Positions 12,637-23,994 of a DNA stretch of 62,543 nucleotides are shown here, in pieces (the stretch's first letter is position 1; each line of letters opens with the position of its first letter). Source of the stretch: Actinomycetota bacterium (GTDB lineage: Bacteria > Actinomycetota > Actinomycetes > S36-B12 > UBA5976); assembly GCA_947491175.1 (NCBI GenBank), contig CANLIF010000001.1:1-62543 (forward strand). Reading direction: 5' to 3'. The notes under the pieces are model-generated. The model ran no database searches. It had not been told where the DNA came from and was given only the letters and a program-made list of their open reading frames with translations. The translations under genes and the position numbers were made by a program.

Positions 12637-12841
12637 AGTTAAGACCCTATCGGAAGCAAAAATGCCTAAGTTATAGGTCTTTTCTACCTGAATTTTGGGC
12701 CTTTGGGAAATGAAAATGGGGTGTCAGTGACCAAAGTGACATAACCCACCTCAAATTTGAGGGAAAATCCCAATATTTGGAAAATTTTGCTCAAATCTTG
12801 GCAAATTGCGGGTGGGCCGAATTTGCCTGTATTAATTAGAG

Positions 12842-13246
12842 GTGAGCCAAATCCGAATCGTCATTGCCAAGCCCGGTCTTGATGGCCATGATCGCGGAGC
12901 CAAAGTTATCGCCCGCGCGCTGCGAGATGCTGGATTTGAAGTGATTTACACCGGACTACACCAAACCCCAGAACAAATTGTCCAGACCGCAATTCAAGAA
13001 GACGCTGATGCGATTGGCTTGTCAATTCTTTCTGGCGCACATTTAACTTTGTTTCCCGCAGTAATCGAACTACTGGCAGCAAAAGGTGCATCTGACATTG
13101 TTGTGTTTGGCGGTGGCGTGATTCCAACTGATGACGTCACACAATTACAAGATTCAGGTGTTGCACATGTGTTTACGCCGGGCACGCCAATTGGTGATGT
13201 TGTGGAATGGGTTCGCGCCAACGTGGGTGTAACTAGCGTTCGATAG
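12842..13246 (+). CDS. acyl-CoA (methylmalonyl-CoA-type) mutase small subunit, B12-binding domain
   Basis: 134 aa. [14 protein letters not shown] (DxHxxG), SIL and GGG motifs of the cobalamin-binding Rossmann domain. The GTG start has no spacing to an SD, so the mRNA may be leaderless. Confidence 0.9.
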   Translation: MSQIRIVIAKPGLDGHDRGAKVIARALRDAGFEVIYTGLHQTPEQIVQTAIQEDADAIGLSILSGAHLTLFPAVIELLAAKGASDIVVFGGGVIPTDDVTQLQDSGVAHVFTPGTPIGDVVEWVRANVGVTSVR

Positions 13247-13285
13247 GGTTGTGCCACAAACTAGCGAGAGGGTGGCCCGCAAACC

Positions 13286-14461
13286 GTGGATCTATACGAA
13301 TACCAAGCCAAAGATTTATTCGCTAAACATGGCGTAGCTGTTGTACCAGGCAAAGTTTGTTTTACGCCTGAAGAAGCCCAAGCGGTAGCAACTCAGATCG
13401 GCACCACTGTTGTCGTCAAAGCCCAGGTTAAAACTGGTGGCCGAGGTAAAGCTGGCGGAGTAAAGCTCGCTGACAATCCAAATGATGCCAAGGATCGAGC
13501 CCAAGATATTCTTGGGCTGGACATTAAAGGACATGTTGTCCATAAAGTTCTAGTTGCAGAAGCAGCAGACATTGCCTCTGAGTACTACGTTTCATTTTTG
13601 TTGGATAGAACTAATCGCACATTTCTTGCGATGGCCAGCGTCGAAGGTGGCGTAGAAATTGAAGAGGTCGCCGTCAATAATCCAGACGCATTAGCGATGA
13701 TTCGTGTTGATGCTCTTGTTGGTTGCACGCTCGAAAAAGCAACTGAGATCGCAGATGCAGCAAAGTTCCCAGCCGAAGTCAGGGAACAAGTTATCGAAAT
13801 GCTTCAGAGCTTATGGAAAGTTTTAGTTGAGGAAGATGCGACGCTGGTGGAAGTTAACCCGTTGGCAAAGATTTCCGATGGCCGAGTTCTTGCTCTGGAT
13901 GGAAAAGTTTCACTGGATGACAACGCGCAATACCGACATGAAGATCATTTGGCATTAATTGACAACGCTCAAACTGATCCAATCGAATTGCGCGCAAAAG
14001 AATTTGATTTGAACTACGTAAAACTTCAAGGTGAAGTTGGAATCATCGGCAATGGCGCCGGTTTGGTTATGTCCACTCTTGATGTAGTTGCTTATGCAGG
14101 TGAAGAGTTTGGTGGAGTTAAGCCAGCAAACTTCCTTGACATTGGCGGCGGTGCCAGCGCACAAGTTATGGCAAATGGTTTAGATATCGTTTTAGGTGAT
14201 CCAGATGTCAAGGCAGTATTCGTAAACGTATTCGGTGGAATTACAGCTTGTGATGCAGTTGCCAACGGAATTGTGCAGGCAGTTGCAATGCTTGCCAATC
14301 GTGGCGAACCAATTACCAAGCCGATTGTGTGTCGCATTGATGGAAACAATGCTGTCGAAGGTCGTCGCATTCTGGATGAGTCTGGCATTGCCTTGATTGA
14401 ACGTGTTGAAACCATGGATGACGCAGCCAGACGCGTTGCCCAACTAGCTGCAGGTAAGTAG
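13286..14461 (+). CDS. sucC: succinate--CoA ligase (ADP-forming) beta subunit
   Basis: 391 aa. [12 protein letters not shown], an ATP-grasp domain, and [15 protein letters not shown]. Confidence 0.97.
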   Translation: MDLYEYQAKDLFAKHGVAVVPGKVCFTPEEAQAVATQIGTTVVVKAQVKTGGRGKAGGVKLADNPNDAKDRAQDILGLDIKGHVVHKVLVAEAADIASEYYVSFLLDRTNRTFLAMASVEGGVEIEEVAVNNPDALAMIRVDALVGCTLEKATEIADAAKFPAEVREQVIEMLQSLWKVLVEEDATLVEVNPLAKISDGRVLALDGKVSLDDNAQYRHEDHLALIDNAQTDPIELRAKEFDLNYVKLQGEVGIIGNGAGLVMSTLDVVAYAGEEFGGVKPANFLDIGGGASAQVMANGLDIVLGDPDVKAVFVNVFGGITACDAVANGIVQAVAMLANRGEPITKPIVCRIDGNNAVEGRRILDESGIALIERVETMDDAARRVAQLAAGK

Positions 14462-14469
14462 GACTTCTG

Positions 14470-15342
14470 ATGGCAATTTTTCTGACTGCAGATAGCAAAG
14501 TTTTAGTTCAAGGAATGACTGGCTCGGAAGGCACAAAGCACACTCGACGAATGGTGGCCAGTGGCACAAATGTTGTTGCTGGCGTAACGCCAGGTAAGGG
14601 TGGTCAAGAAGTTGACGGCATCCCGGTGTTCAACAATGTTGGCGAAGCCATGGCAGCAACAGGCGCTAATGTCTCGGTGGTTTTTGTGCCACCTAAGTTC
14701 GCGAAAGCGGCAGTCATTGAAGCGGTCGATGCAGCAATCCCACTGTGCGTGGTAATTACTGAAGGAATTCCAGTGCATGACACTGCAGCGTTTTTTCAAT
14801 ACGCCGAAAATTCAGGCAAGACTCGATTAGTTGGGCCAAACTGCCCTGGCTTGATTAGCCCAGGAGTATCGAACGCTGGCATCATTCCCGGTGACATTAC
14901 GCAAAAGGGACGCATCGGCCTAGTGAGCAAGTCAGGCACGCTTACTTATCAAATGATGTTTGAGTTAAGGGATCTTGGTTTTTCAAGTTGCGTAGGTATC
15001 GGTGGCGATCCAATTATTGGAACAACACACATTGATTGCCTTGCGGCATTTGAAGCAGATCCTGAAACTCAAGTAATTGTGATGATTGGTGAAATTGGTG
15101 GTGACGCTGAGGAGCGGGCTGCTGCATTTATCAAAGACAATGTAACTAAACCAGTCATCGGATATGTCGCAGGCTTCACTGCGCCCGAAGGCAAAACTAT
15201 GGGTCATGCCGGTGCAATTGTGTCGGGTTCATCTGGAACTGCAGCTGCGAAAAAAGATGCGCTAGAAGCGGTCGGCGTTCGAGTTGGAAAAACTCCAAGT
15301 GAAGCAGCCAGACTTGTTCGGGAAGTCTTAGCCAGCCTTTAA
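14470..15342 (+). CDS. sucD: succinate--CoA ligase alpha subunit
   Basis: 290 aa. [18 protein letters not shown] and MGHAGAIV (active-site His). Confidence 0.97.
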   Translation: MAIFLTADSKVLVQGMTGSEGTKHTRRMVASGTNVVAGVTPGKGGQEVDGIPVFNNVGEAMAATGANVSVVFVPPKFAKAAVIEAVDAAIPLCVVITEGIPVHDTAAFFQYAENSGKTRLVGPNCPGLISPGVSNAGIIPGDITQKGRIGLVSKSGTLTYQMMFELRDLGFSSCVGIGGDPIIGTTHIDCLAAFEADPETQVIVMIGEIGGDAEERAAAFIKDNVTKPVIGYVAGFTAPEGKTMGHAGAIVSGSSGTAAAKKDALEAVGVRVGKTPSEAARLVREVLASL

Positions 15343-15390
15343 TTCGTGTCGAATCAGCTTTTTTTAGGCTGAACTGGGACGATTTTAAGT

Positions 15391-16668
15391 GTGACTAACG
15401 ATCTTCCTCGCAAGCGACCAGCGGGCGCTCCGAATCGTCAGTGGCGTCGCCCAGTACCAGAAGATCACATCAATCACTACCCACCATTGATTGCCGGGGC
15501 AATTGCCGCCGGCGTTTGCGTTGTTATTGGCTACATTTTCACTTTAGGTTTCATCATGGCTGCGTGGCTATTTGCAGCTCATGGCAGCGAATCAACGCTG
15601 CAGGTGCTTCGAGCCGCTGGCATCGCCTGGGAGGTATTGCATTTAACTCCGATTGTCATCGGGACGACCACAATCGGAGTTCTTCCTTGGGGATTTTTGG
15701 TGGTGCCAGTTCTAATTTTATGGAAGGCAATGCACTGGGCGCTGAAGAGCTCCCGGCCTAAAACTGCGATTGAATTTGTTCGGGTCGCAATTTCGGTAAG
15801 TATTCTCTACTCAGTTTTCGCAGCACTTGTTGGATTGATTTCTTCAACCGACGATCTACACACTGACCTAACTTCAACATTTTTGCACTCGCTGATTGTC
15901 GCACTTGCTGTAACTACCACTTGTGTTATTACCTTTGCACCATCACGAACAATTTTGACGGATGCATTACCAAAACTATTTATCGATGGCATCAGACCGG
16001 CGCTAATTGCCTTTGGACTTTTGTTCGCTGCCGGATCGCTTTTAATTTTAGTTTCCCTTATTTTGAATTGGGATCAGTTGCGTGCAGTCACAACACTCAT
16101 GGCTCCTGGATTTATTGATGGGTTCTTCATGACCCTTTTGGGAATTGGATATTTACCAACAGTAAATGTTTGGGCGATGTCATATTTGTTAGGCCCAGGA
16201 ATCACGCTCGGAGGCGGAGTTGTGACTCTGGAAAATGCCAGCCCAGGAGCGCTACCCGCATTTCCTTTGCTTTCTATTCTGCCAAGTGAGTCAGCATCAT
16301 TTGCCTCGTACTTTATTTTGATTCCAATTCTGATAGGGGTCATCATGTATTTCTTGATTCCTCGAGAAAGATGGTCAGCACAAGGTGAGTCACTCCCTTC
16401 CACACTTTCTTTTGTGGTGCGGTGGCGGGAATTAGTCACTTTGGCTATTTCGATCAGTTTGCTTTCGGTTTTGATTTGGCTGGCCGCAAGTATTTCAAGT
16501 GGCTCCCTTGGCACGGGATATCTAAAGTTCATCGGGCCGATGCCTGCTCAAATGGCGTTTGCGGCAATCTCAGTTTGTGGCCTTTCAGCACTACTAAGTC
16601 TGGTTTTACCTCGTACCGTTATGTCTCTTCTTCACTATTGGTCTAACCGCGAAGCTATTACAAAATAG
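15391..16668 (+). CDS. polytopic membrane protein, PerM/DUF6350-like
   Basis: 425 aa with about 10 or more hydrophobic segments. Located between sucD and purN exactly like Rv0955 (PerM). The assignment is by synteny and topology only. Confidence 0.65.
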   Translation: MTNDLPRKRPAGAPNRQWRRPVPEDHINHYPPLIAGAIAAGVCVVIGYIFTLGFIMAAWLFAAHGSESTLQVLRAAGIAWEVLHLTPIVIGTTTIGVLPWGFLVVPVLILWKAMHWALKSSRPKTAIEFVRVAISVSILYSVFAALVGLISSTDDLHTDLTSTFLHSLIVALAVTTTCVITFAPSRTILTDALPKLFIDGIRPALIAFGLLFAAGSLLILVSLILNWDQLRAVTTLMAPGFIDGFFMTLLGIGYLPTVNVWAMSYLLGPGITLGGGVVTLENASPGALPAFPLLSILPSESASFASYFILIPILIGVIMYFLIPRERWSAQGESLPSTLSFVVRWRELVTLAISISLLSVLIWLAASISSGSLGTGYLKFIGPMPAQMAFAAISVCGLSALLSLVLPRTVMSLLHYWSNREAITK

Positions 16669-16677
16669 ACTGAAACG

Positions 16678-17250
16678 GTGGCGGATTTTCGCGTAGTTGT
16701 GTTGGCTTCTGGTGCTGGCACGTTGTTTACGGCCCTGGCAAAACATGCCGACCAAATCGGAATTCATATCGTTGGGCTCATTGCTGAGGCGCAGGTTCCG
16801 GCCTGCGAACGCGCCCGCGAATTAGACGTCCCAGTAACTGTTGTCCCATTTCTTGATGATCGAGTTAAGTGGGACCAGAATCTGGCTACCGAACTTAGCC
16901 GGCTAAAGCCTTCACTAATTGTTTGTGCTGGATTTATGAAGATTCTTGGACCAGTTGTATTGCGATTCCATCAGGGCAAAATTATAAATACCCACCCAGC
17001 CTTACTTCCAGATTTCCCTGGTGCTCACGCCGTGCGAGATGCGCTTGCTGCTGGAGTTACTGAAACTGGCACAACGATTCACTTCGTGGATAAAGGCGTT
17101 GACACTGGTGAAGTAATTGCTCAGACCAGAGTTAAGGTTGAGCCAGGTGACACGCAAGAGTCACTTCATGAACGCATTAAGCAAGCCGAACGCGAACTAT
17201 TGGTATCAACAGTTAGTGACTTTGCCCAAGGAAAGGTGACTCTGAGATGA
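16678..17250 (+). CDS. purN: phosphoribosylglycinamide formyltransferase
   Basis: 190 aa. [17 protein letters not shown] and a formyltransferase core. The stop overlaps the purH start. Confidence 0.93.
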   Translation: MADFRVVVLASGAGTLFTALAKHADQIGIHIVGLIAEAQVPACERARELDVPVTVVPFLDDRVKWDQNLATELSRLKPSLIVCAGFMKILGPVVLRFHQGKIINTHPALLPDFPGAHAVRDALAAGVTETGTTIHFVDKGVDTGEVIAQTRVKVEPGDTQESLHERIKQAERELLVSTVSDFAQGKVTLR

Positions 17251-18818
17251 CGCAAACTCGCAAAGTCACTCGAGCCCTTATCAGTGTCTACGACAAAACG
17301 GGATTGACCGAACTTGCCCAAGGACTTCATGAAGCTGGGGTAAAAATAGTTTCTACTGGCAGCACGGCTGCAACAATCGCGGCACTTGGCATCCCAGTAA
17401 CTGAAGTTAAAGATGTAACTGGATTCCCAGAATCACTAGATGGTCGTGTGAAAACTTTGCACCCAAAGATTCATGGCGGACTACTTGCAGATGTGCGCAA
17501 ACCTGAGCATGTTGCCCAACTTTTGGAACTTGGCATCGAGGCATTTGAGTTAGTTGTTGTAAACCTTTATCCATTTGCCCAAACTGTGGCATCCGGTGGC
17601 AGTATCGAAGAATGTATTGAGCAAATTGACATCGGCGGACCGGCAATGGTTCGAGCAAGTGCCAAGAATCACGCCAACGTTGCCGTCGTAGTTGATCCAC
17701 TGTCTTACGAATCTGTGCTTGCCGCGGTTAGAAAAGATGGATTTACAAAACCGCAACGGGTAGCTCTTGCAACTTTTGCATTTCAGCATGTTGCGCAATA
17801 TGACGTGGCCGTTTCAAGCTGGCTAGCTTCGGTAGTTTTGCCAGATTCAGACCCTTCGCAAGTTGGCTTCCCGGCATGGTTTGGTGGAGTGTGGGAACGT
17901 GCCCAAACCTTGCGTTATGGCGAAAATCCACATCAGGATGCGTCACTTTATGTTGCAAAGTTTGGTGAGCCTGGAATTGCTCAGGCGGAACAGCTTCATG
18001 GCAAGGAAATGTCTTACAACAACTTTGTTGATGCTGATTCCGCATATCGCGCTGCGTACGACCACAAGGCGCCAACCGTTGCAATCATTAAACATGCGAA
18101 TCCATGTGGAATTGCAAGCGATAAAGATATTGCTCAGGCTTACCGAAAGGCCAATGCCACTGATCCAGTATCTGCATTTGGGGGGGTAATCGCATCAAAT
18201 CAAAAGGTAACAAAAGAAATGGCAATTGCAGTCTCCGAGGTATTCACCGAAGTTATTGTGGCACCAGATTTTGATAGTGAAGCACTTGCTGTCCTTCGCG
18301 AGAAAGCTAACATTCGAATTTTGAAAGTAGTTGCGCCAAGTGAAAACGTTCATTCTGAAATGAGACCAATATCTGGCGGAATGCTTTTACAATCTCAAGA
18401 CAGATTTCAAAGTCCGGGTGATGCAGTATCGAGTTGGAAATTAGTTTCAGGACTTGCAACGGATCCTGCAACTTTGGCGGACTTAGAGTTTGCTTGGCGC
18501 GCATCGCGATGCGTTAAGTCGAATGGAATTTTGCTGGCTAAAGATCTAGCTGCCGTTGGGATCGGAATGGGACAAGTAAATCGCGTGGACTCGGCCCGGC
18601 TCGCAGTTTCCAGAGCTGGTGTGGAACGTGCAAAAAATAGTGTGGCTGCTAGCGACGCATTCTTCCCGTTTCCAGATGGCATAGAAGTTTTACTGAGCGC
18701 GGGAATTTGTGCCGTGGTTCAACCCGGTGGATCAGTGCGAGACGCTGAAGTAATCGAAGCGGCCAATACCGCAGGAATCACCATGTACTTTACTGGGACT
18801 AGGCATTTCTTCCATTAA
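17247..18818 (+). CDS. purH: bifunctional AICAR formyltransferase / IMP cyclohydrolase
   Basis: 523 aa. [10 protein letters not shown] (MGS-like domain), VVNLYPF, and an AICARFT domain ending ...TGTRHFFH. Confidence 0.97.
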   Translation: MTQTRKVTRALISVYDKTGLTELAQGLHEAGVKIVSTGSTAATIAALGIPVTEVKDVTGFPESLDGRVKTLHPKIHGGLLADVRKPEHVAQLLELGIEAFELVVVNLYPFAQTVASGGSIEECIEQIDIGGPAMVRASAKNHANVAVVVDPLSYESVLAAVRKDGFTKPQRVALATFAFQHVAQYDVAVSSWLASVVLPDSDPSQVGFPAWFGGVWERAQTLRYGENPHQDASLYVAKFGEPGIAQAEQLHGKEMSYNNFVDADSAYRAAYDHKAPTVAIIKHANPCGIASDKDIAQAYRKANATDPVSAFGGVIASNQKVTKEMAIAVSEVFTEVIVAPDFDSEALAVLREKANIRILKVVAPSENVHSEMRPISGGMLLQSQDRFQSPGDAVSSWKLVSGLATDPATLADLEFAWRASRCVKSNGILLAKDLAAVGIGMGQVNRVDSARLAVSRAGVERAKNSVAASDAFFPFPDGIEVLLSAGICAVVQPGGSVRDAEVIEAANTAGITMYFTGTRHFFH

Positions 18819-18878
18819 ATTACAGTCTTTACCTGCATCCCACCGTGAACCATTAAACAGTGGCAAGATGGGCAAGTT

Positions 18879-19151
18879 ATGAAAACCTTGGTAAAGCAAC
18901 AATGGCCAATCCTGAGTGTTTATTTAGGAATCTTGGCCGCACTGGTTGTTGTCATTTATGTTGATTTTCGATTTGGCGCAATCTTGCTATCACTGAGTGT
19001 TTTACTTGCGTTTTTCTTACGACTAAATTTGTCAGATTCAGCGGCTGGGCTTCTTAGAATTCGAAAGCGCCGAGTAGATCTAACGGTCATGGCAACACTT
19101 GGAACATTTCTTTTAATCTTGGCCCTTGTAGTGCCTCAAGGAAGTAACTAA
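18879..19151 (+). CDS. small membrane protein (DUF3017-like)
   Basis: 90 aa with 3 hydrophobic segments. Small-membrane-protein assignment is by size and topology only. Confidence 0.5.
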   Translation: MKTLVKQQWPILSVYLGILAALVVVIYVDFRFGAILLSLSVLLAFFLRLNLSDSAAGLLRIRKRRVDLTVMATLGTFLLILALVVPQGSN

Positions 19152-19155
19152 TTTA

Positions 19156-20127
19156 ATGACAACTGACTCAGCACTTCAAGTAAAAGTTAAGTTCTCGCAT
19201 ATTGTTATAACTTTCATTGCATCCATTATTATTACCGCGCAATCCTCCATCAACAGTGAATTGAATATTTACACTGAAAATCCATTGATCACCGCTCTAA
19301 TTAATTTCACGACCGGTCTGATAGTTCTGGCGCTAATGATGATATTCAGTCGTGCCATCCGAAAAGGATTCACCAGTATCCCTCGCTTGGTGCGTGAAGG
19401 AAAACTTAAGCGTTGGCAATTAATTGGTGGACTTTCTGGTGCATTTTTTGTCGCCAGCCAAAGCAGTTTGGTGCAAGTTGTTGGAGTGGCTATTTTTACT
19501 GTCGCTGCAGTGGCCGGACAAACTTCTGCCGCGCTACTTGTAGATAAATCTGGAATTGGGCCTGCTGGAAAACAGCCAGTAACACTCATGAGAGTCGGTG
19601 CGGCTATTTTAGGCATCGTTGGAGTTTTGGTTTCAGTGCTTGGCCAGGATTCAACTGGCCAGTTCGCATTTGGTGCAGTCTTGATTTCATTTGCTGCCGG
19701 TGCACTAGTTTCTACTCAGCCAGCGCTAAATGGTCAGATTGCAAATCAAACAGGGCAACCAGCAGCAGCGACTCTTGTTAACTTCATTGTTGGATTCTTA
19801 ACATTGGTAGTTGTCTACGGCATTAAGCAGCAGATAAGCCCGCAAGGGTTTAACGTTCCGCCGATGCCATGGGAGAACCCAATAATTTGGCTCGGTGGAC
19901 CATTTGGCGTGCTGTTTGTTTTGACTGCAGCTTTTATGGCAAAGACCCTTGGAGTTTTTCTGTTCACTCTTACATCCGTGGTTGGTCAGTTATCGGGAGC
20001 AATTCTGATGGATGTACTTTTCCCAACTGCAACTACAAATATAACTTGGCAACTACTTCTTGGAATTTCAATTACTGGAGCCGCAGTAGTCCTTGCCAGC
20101 GGCAAAAAGAAAACTAGGCGCCACTAA
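19156..20127 (+). CDS. DMT-superfamily transporter (duplicated DUF606/YdcZ-like halves)
   Basis: 323 aa, about 10 TM segments, with two homologous halves. Confidence 0.7.
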   Translation: MTTDSALQVKVKFSHIVITFIASIIITAQSSINSELNIYTENPLITALINFTTGLIVLALMMIFSRAIRKGFTSIPRLVREGKLKRWQLIGGLSGAFFVASQSSLVQVVGVAIFTVAAVAGQTSAALLVDKSGIGPAGKQPVTLMRVGAAILGIVGVLVSVLGQDSTGQFAFGAVLISFAAGALVSTQPALNGQIANQTGQPAAATLVNFIVGFLTLVVVYGIKQQISPQGFNVPPMPWENPIIWLGGPFGVLFVLTAAFMAKTLGVFLFTLTSVVGQLSGAILMDVLFPTATTNITWQLLLGISITGAAVVLASGKKKTRRH

Positions 20128-20809
20128 CAGCTGCAGCGAAAGATTTCATGTCTGGGAACACTTGGTCCGGCGTTGCACTTGCCACAGGTGCTGCGCCATT
20201 TCCTCGCCGACTTATGTGAACCGTAGTCATTCCGATGCTTTTGGCTGGACCATGATCATGAAACAAGCTCTGGGCTACGTGCAGAATTAGATCCTTAGTG
20301 ACACCAAGGGTGCGTTCGATTTTTTCATGAGCAAAGTGAAAGTTTTCAATGTTTGGCTTATACGAACCAACTTGCTGGGCAGTGACTACTTCATCGAATT
20401 TGATACCAAGACGATCAGCAGATGCTGCGAATAGGTCATCATCGCAATTTGTAATTACTACAAGCTTGAAGTGTTTTTGAAGTTCAACTAAAGCGTCATG
20501 TGAATCTGGGAATACCGGCCAATCAACGACGCTGCCACCAAATTGTGCTTCTTGCTCTGCGGTTGTTGTAATTCCACGGGCCGAAGCCAGCATGCGCAAG
20601 GTCAGTCCAAGCACTTCGCGGTATCCCTTGTATGGCACTTCAGCATCGTGTTCATGTGTGGAGAACTCACTTAGCAATTCAGCGTCAGTCGCGTCAGCCA
20701 CCTCAGACCCAAGAGTTGCCCGAATACCAGCCAGAATTCCAGACTCCCAATCAATTAGGGTGCCGTAGCAATCAAAAGTTAGTACTTCATATTTCTGGTA
20801 ATCGATCAT
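20114..20809 (-). CDS. HAD-superfamily hydrolase (haloacid dehalogenase type II-like)
   Basis: YEVLTFDCYGTLIDWESG (DxYGT motif I). Start set at ATG 20809 (GGAGG upstream); the ORF is open to 20884. The 3' end overlaps the convergent transporter gene by 14 nt. Confidence 0.85.
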   Translation of the reverse strand: MIDYQKYEVLTFDCYGTLIDWESGILAGIRATLGSEVADATDAELLSEFSTHEHDAEVPYKGYREVLGLTLRMLASARGITTTAEQEAQFGGSVVDWPVFPDSHDALVELQKHFKLVVITNCDDDLFAASADRLGIKFDEVVTAQQVGSYKPNIENFHFAHEKIERTLGVTKDLILHVAQSLFHDHGPAKSIGMTTVHISRRGNGAAPVASATPDQVFPDMKSFAAAVSGA

Positions 20810-20928
20810 AGAAGCCTCCGGAAATGAATCATTGAACCCAATCTTTGTACTGTACTGAACGGCCCCTATAAATAGGTACCCCACATCCAGATTCCCGACA
20901 AGCTGGAATGGGGAGTAAGATTAAAGTG

Positions 20929-20942
20929 TCTTGACGTCAAGA
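20929..20942. promoter_or_regulatory. perfect 14-bp palindrome upstream of mdh (candidate operator)
   Basis: TCTTGACGTCAAGA ends 25 nt upstream of the mdh ATG, in the HAD/mdh divergent region. Confidence 0.3.
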
Positions 20943-20966
20943 TACTTTCACATAAAGGAATTTTTC

Positions 20967-21917
20967 ATGGCTGGCAAAGTTACTGTCGTAGGTGCTGGTT
21001 TCTACGGATCAACAACCGCGCAACGTATTGCTGAATACAACATTGTTGACACAGTTGTCTTAACTGACATCCTCGAGGGAAAGTCAGAAGGCTTGGCCCT
21101 TGATATGAATCAGTCACGATCAATCGAAGGTTTTGAAACCAAAATTGTTGGCCAGACCACAACAGTTGATGGTGGTGGCTACGAAGCAATTGCCGGCTCT
21201 GACGTTGTGATCATCACTGCTGGGCTGCCTCGTAAGCCAGGTATGAGCCGTATGGATCTAATCGAAACTAATGCAAAAATCGTTCGCGGTGTTGCCGAAA
21301 ACATTGCTAAGCATGCACCAAATTCAGTCATCATTGTGGTTTCAAATCCACTTGATGAAATGACTGCGCTCACTCAACTTGCCAGTGGCTTCCCGAAAGA
21401 GCGCGTACTTGGTCAAGCTGGCATGTTGGACACCGCACGCTTCACACATTTTGTGGCTGAAGAACTTAACGTCCCAGTTGCATCAGTACAGACTCTTACG
21501 CTTGGCTCCCATGGCGACACCATGGTTCCAGTCCCATCACGTTGCACAGTAGATGGCAAGCCACTTGCTGATTTGTTGCCGGCCGAAAAGATTGAAGAAC
21601 TTGTAGTTCGCACTCGCAACGGTGGCGCAGAAGTTGTTGCATTACTAAAGACTGGATCTGCTTACTACGCACCTTCTGCCGCAGCAGCTCGAATGGCTAA
21701 AGCGGTAATTGAAGACTCTGGTGCAGTAATGCCAGTTTGTGCTTGGGTTGATGGCGAATATGGCATCGAGGGTGTTTACCTTGGTGTCGAAGCTCAAATT
21801 GGTAAGTGCGGCGTCAGGAAAGTTGTCGAAACAAAACTTACTGACTCTGAACTATCTGAATTAAAGGCAGCATCCGTTGCAGTTCGCGAAAAACAAGCTG
21901 ACGTTGCTGGCCTCTAA
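20967..21917 (+). CDS. mdh: malate dehydrogenase (LDH-like, MDH type 3)
   Basis: [12 protein letters not shown] Rossmann motif, [16 protein letters not shown], and SHGD. Start set at ATG 20967 (AAAGGA upstream). Confidence 0.95.
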   Translation: MAGKVTVVGAGFYGSTTAQRIAEYNIVDTVVLTDILEGKSEGLALDMNQSRSIEGFETKIVGQTTTVDGGGYEAIAGSDVVIITAGLPRKPGMSRMDLIETNAKIVRGVAENIAKHAPNSVIIVVSNPLDEMTALTQLASGFPKERVLGQAGMLDTARFTHFVAEELNVPVASVQTLTLGSHGDTMVPVPSRCTVDGKPLADLLPAEKIEELVVRTRNGGAEVVALLKTGSAYYAPSAAAARMAKAVIEDSGAVMPVCAWVDGEYGIEGVYLGVEAQIGKCGVRKVVETKLTDSELSELKAASVAVREKQADVAGL

Positions 21918-21948
21918 GTCTTATTCGACATCCATTAAGGAAAATCAA

Positions 21949-23166
21949 ATGTCAAAAATTAAAGTACAAGGAACTGTTGTAGATCTTGATGGCGACGAGA
22001 TGACTCGTATCATCTGGTCTTTCATTAAAGAGCAACTGATTTTGCCTTATTTGGATGTCAATATCGATTACTACGACTTAGGTATGGAAAATCGGGATGC
22101 TACTGATGACCAAGTAACCATCGATGCAGCTAACGCAATCAAAAAGCATGGTGTGGGAATCAAGTGTGCGACGATTACTCCAGATGAAGCACGCGTCGAA
22201 GAATTTGGCCTGAAGAAAATGTGGAAATCGCCCAATGGAACCATTCGTAACATTCTTGGTGGCGTGATTTTCCGCGAACCAATCATCATTAGCAACATCC
22301 CAAGGTTGGTGCCTGGCTGGACTAAGCCAATCATTGTTGGTCGTCATGCCTTTGGCGATCAGTACAAGGCAACAGATGTAAAGATTCCTGGTGCTGGCTC
22401 ATTAACTATGACGTTTACTCCGGCCGATGGCGGAGAGCCAATGGAATTGAACATCTTTGATTTCCCAAGCTCTGGTGTTGCTATGGGTATGTACAACTTG
22501 GATGAATCTATTCGCGAGTTTGCGCGAGCATCACTTCGCTATGGCTTATCCCGCAATTACCCGGTTTATCTTTCCACCAAGAACACGATCTTGAAGGCCT
22601 ACGACGGTCAGTTCAAAGATATCTTCCAGGACGTATTTGAAACCGAATTCAAAACCGACTTCGATGCTGCTGGCCTAACTTACGAACATCGTTTGATCGA
22701 TGACATGGTTGCCTCCGCACTTAAGTGGGAAGGTGGCTATGTCTGGGCTTGCAAGAACTATGACGGTGACGTGCAATCTGACACTGTGGCCCAAGGTTTT
22801 GGCTCACTAGGACTAATGACTTCCGTTTTAATGACTCCAGATGGCCAAACTGTTGAAGCTGAAGCAGCCCATGGCACTGTTACTCGCCATTACCGTCAAC
22901 ATCAGCAAGGTAAGCCAACCTCAACCAATCCCATTGCTTCGATTTTCGCTTGGACGCAAGGTTTGGCACATCGTGGCAAGCTCGATGGCACACCAGAGGT
23001 TACAAAGTTTGCCGAGACTCTTGAGCGCGTCTGCATTGAAACGGTTGAAAGTGGCAAGATGACAAAAGATCTTGCGTTATTGATTAGCAAAGAACAGCCT
23101 TACCAAACAACTGAAGAATTCTTAGCTGCGATCAACGAAAATCTGCAGAAAGCTATGTCGGCGTAA
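21949..23166 (+). CDS. icd: NADP-dependent isocitrate dehydrogenase (homodimeric, eukaryote-like subfamily)
   Basis: [23 protein letters not shown]..., [17 protein letters not shown] and NYDGDVQSD. About 405 aa when started at ATG 21949. Confidence 0.95.
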   Translation: MSKIKVQGTVVDLDGDEMTRIIWSFIKEQLILPYLDVNIDYYDLGMENRDATDDQVTIDAANAIKKHGVGIKCATITPDEARVEEFGLKKMWKSPNGTIRNILGGVIFREPIIISNIPRLVPGWTKPIIVGRHAFGDQYKATDVKIPGAGSLTMTFTPADGGEPMELNIFDFPSSGVAMGMYNLDESIREFARASLRYGLSRNYPVYLSTKNTILKAYDGQFKDIFQDVFETEFKTDFDAAGLTYEHRLIDDMVASALKWEGGYVWACKNYDGDVQSDTVAQGFGSLGLMTSVLMTPDGQTVEAEAAHGTVTRHYRQHQQGKPTSTNPIASIFAWTQGLAHRGKLDGTPEVTKFAETLERVCIETVESGKMTKDLALLISKEQPYQTTEEFLAAINENLQKAMSA

Positions 23167-23169
23167 TTT

Positions 23170-23985
23170 ATGCTCGGCGTTATTTCAGCGAATACAAACG
23201 GCGTACGTGCTGCATTAAAGCGTGGCGGATTTGATTGGATCAAGAGCCAACTAGATTCGGGCAATGCCGAAGTGGTTTGCTTGCAGGAAGTCAGAGCCAC
23301 TACAGATCAATTACATGAAGTGCTTGCCGCTGCCGGATTGTCTGACTTGCACGTAGCCCATGATTCCAGCGCTCGACTCGGGCATGCTGGCGTGGCAATT
23401 CTGAGCACTAAGAAATTGAGCAAAATCAAAACTGGAGTCGGGCCAAAAGAATTTGCCGAAACTGGACGTTGGGTGCAGGCCGAAATTGAAACTAAAAAAG
23501 GCCCAATGACTATTTGCTCGGTTTATGTGCATTCGGGCGATGCTGAAAAACCAGTTCAACAAGAAAAGTATCGTTTTCTAGAAGCCATGACCAAGAAGTT
23601 TCAAGCGGCACAAAAAGCGGATGAACTCTTTCTTGCTTGTGGCGACTTTAATGTTGGTCATCGTGAACTTGACATTAAAAATTGGAAAGGCAATGTAACT
23701 AATGCGGGGTTCCTTCCCGAAGAACGTGCCTACTTTGATAAGTGGTTCGACAAAGTTGGGGTAGTTGACTTAGGCCGCAAGCATGCTGGCGAAGTTGAAG
23801 GTCCGTACACCTGGTGGTCTTGGCGAGGTCAGGCTTTTGATAACAATGCTGGTTGGCGCATTGATTACCATATTGCTAATTCGTTGCTTGCGCCACATTG
23901 CAAAGATATTGTGGTTGGCAGAGCAGATTCGTATGCCCAACGATGGAGTGATCATGCTCCAGTTACGGCAAAATTTAACTTGTAG
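23170..23985 (+). CDS. xthA: exodeoxyribonuclease III / AP endonuclease
   Basis: 271 aa. CLQEV, DFNV, WRIDY and SDHAPV motifs of the EEP/ExoIII family. Confidence 0.93.
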   Translation: MLGVISANTNGVRAALKRGGFDWIKSQLDSGNAEVVCLQEVRATTDQLHEVLAAAGLSDLHVAHDSSARLGHAGVAILSTKKLSKIKTGVGPKEFAETGRWVQAEIETKKGPMTICSVYVHSGDAEKPVQQEKYRFLEAMTKKFQAAQKADELFLACGDFNVGHRELDIKNWKGNVTNAGFLPEERAYFDKWFDKVGVVDLGRKHAGEVEGPYTWWSWRGQAFDNNAGWRIDYHIANSLLAPHCKDIVVGRADSYAQRWSDHAPVTAKFNL

Positions 23986-23994
23986 ACTCTAGCC

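Noticed and set aside
12637-12841. Cobalamin riboswitch (upstream of the B12-binding subunit) or c-di-AMP/ydaO riboswitch (upstream of the M23 peptidase)
   Set aside because: There is no B12 box (GCCACTG-like core). None of the conserved ydaO segments (GGGGACCCA, CCGA...AGC) occurs on either strand. The same negative result holds for the 33-nt leader of the Rpf-like gene at 51503-51535.
15343-15390. Intrinsic terminator after sucD (TCAGC-ttttttta-GGCTGA)
   Set aside because: The T-run lies in the loop rather than 3' of the stem, and the stem is only 5 bp. That is not convincing enough to annotate.
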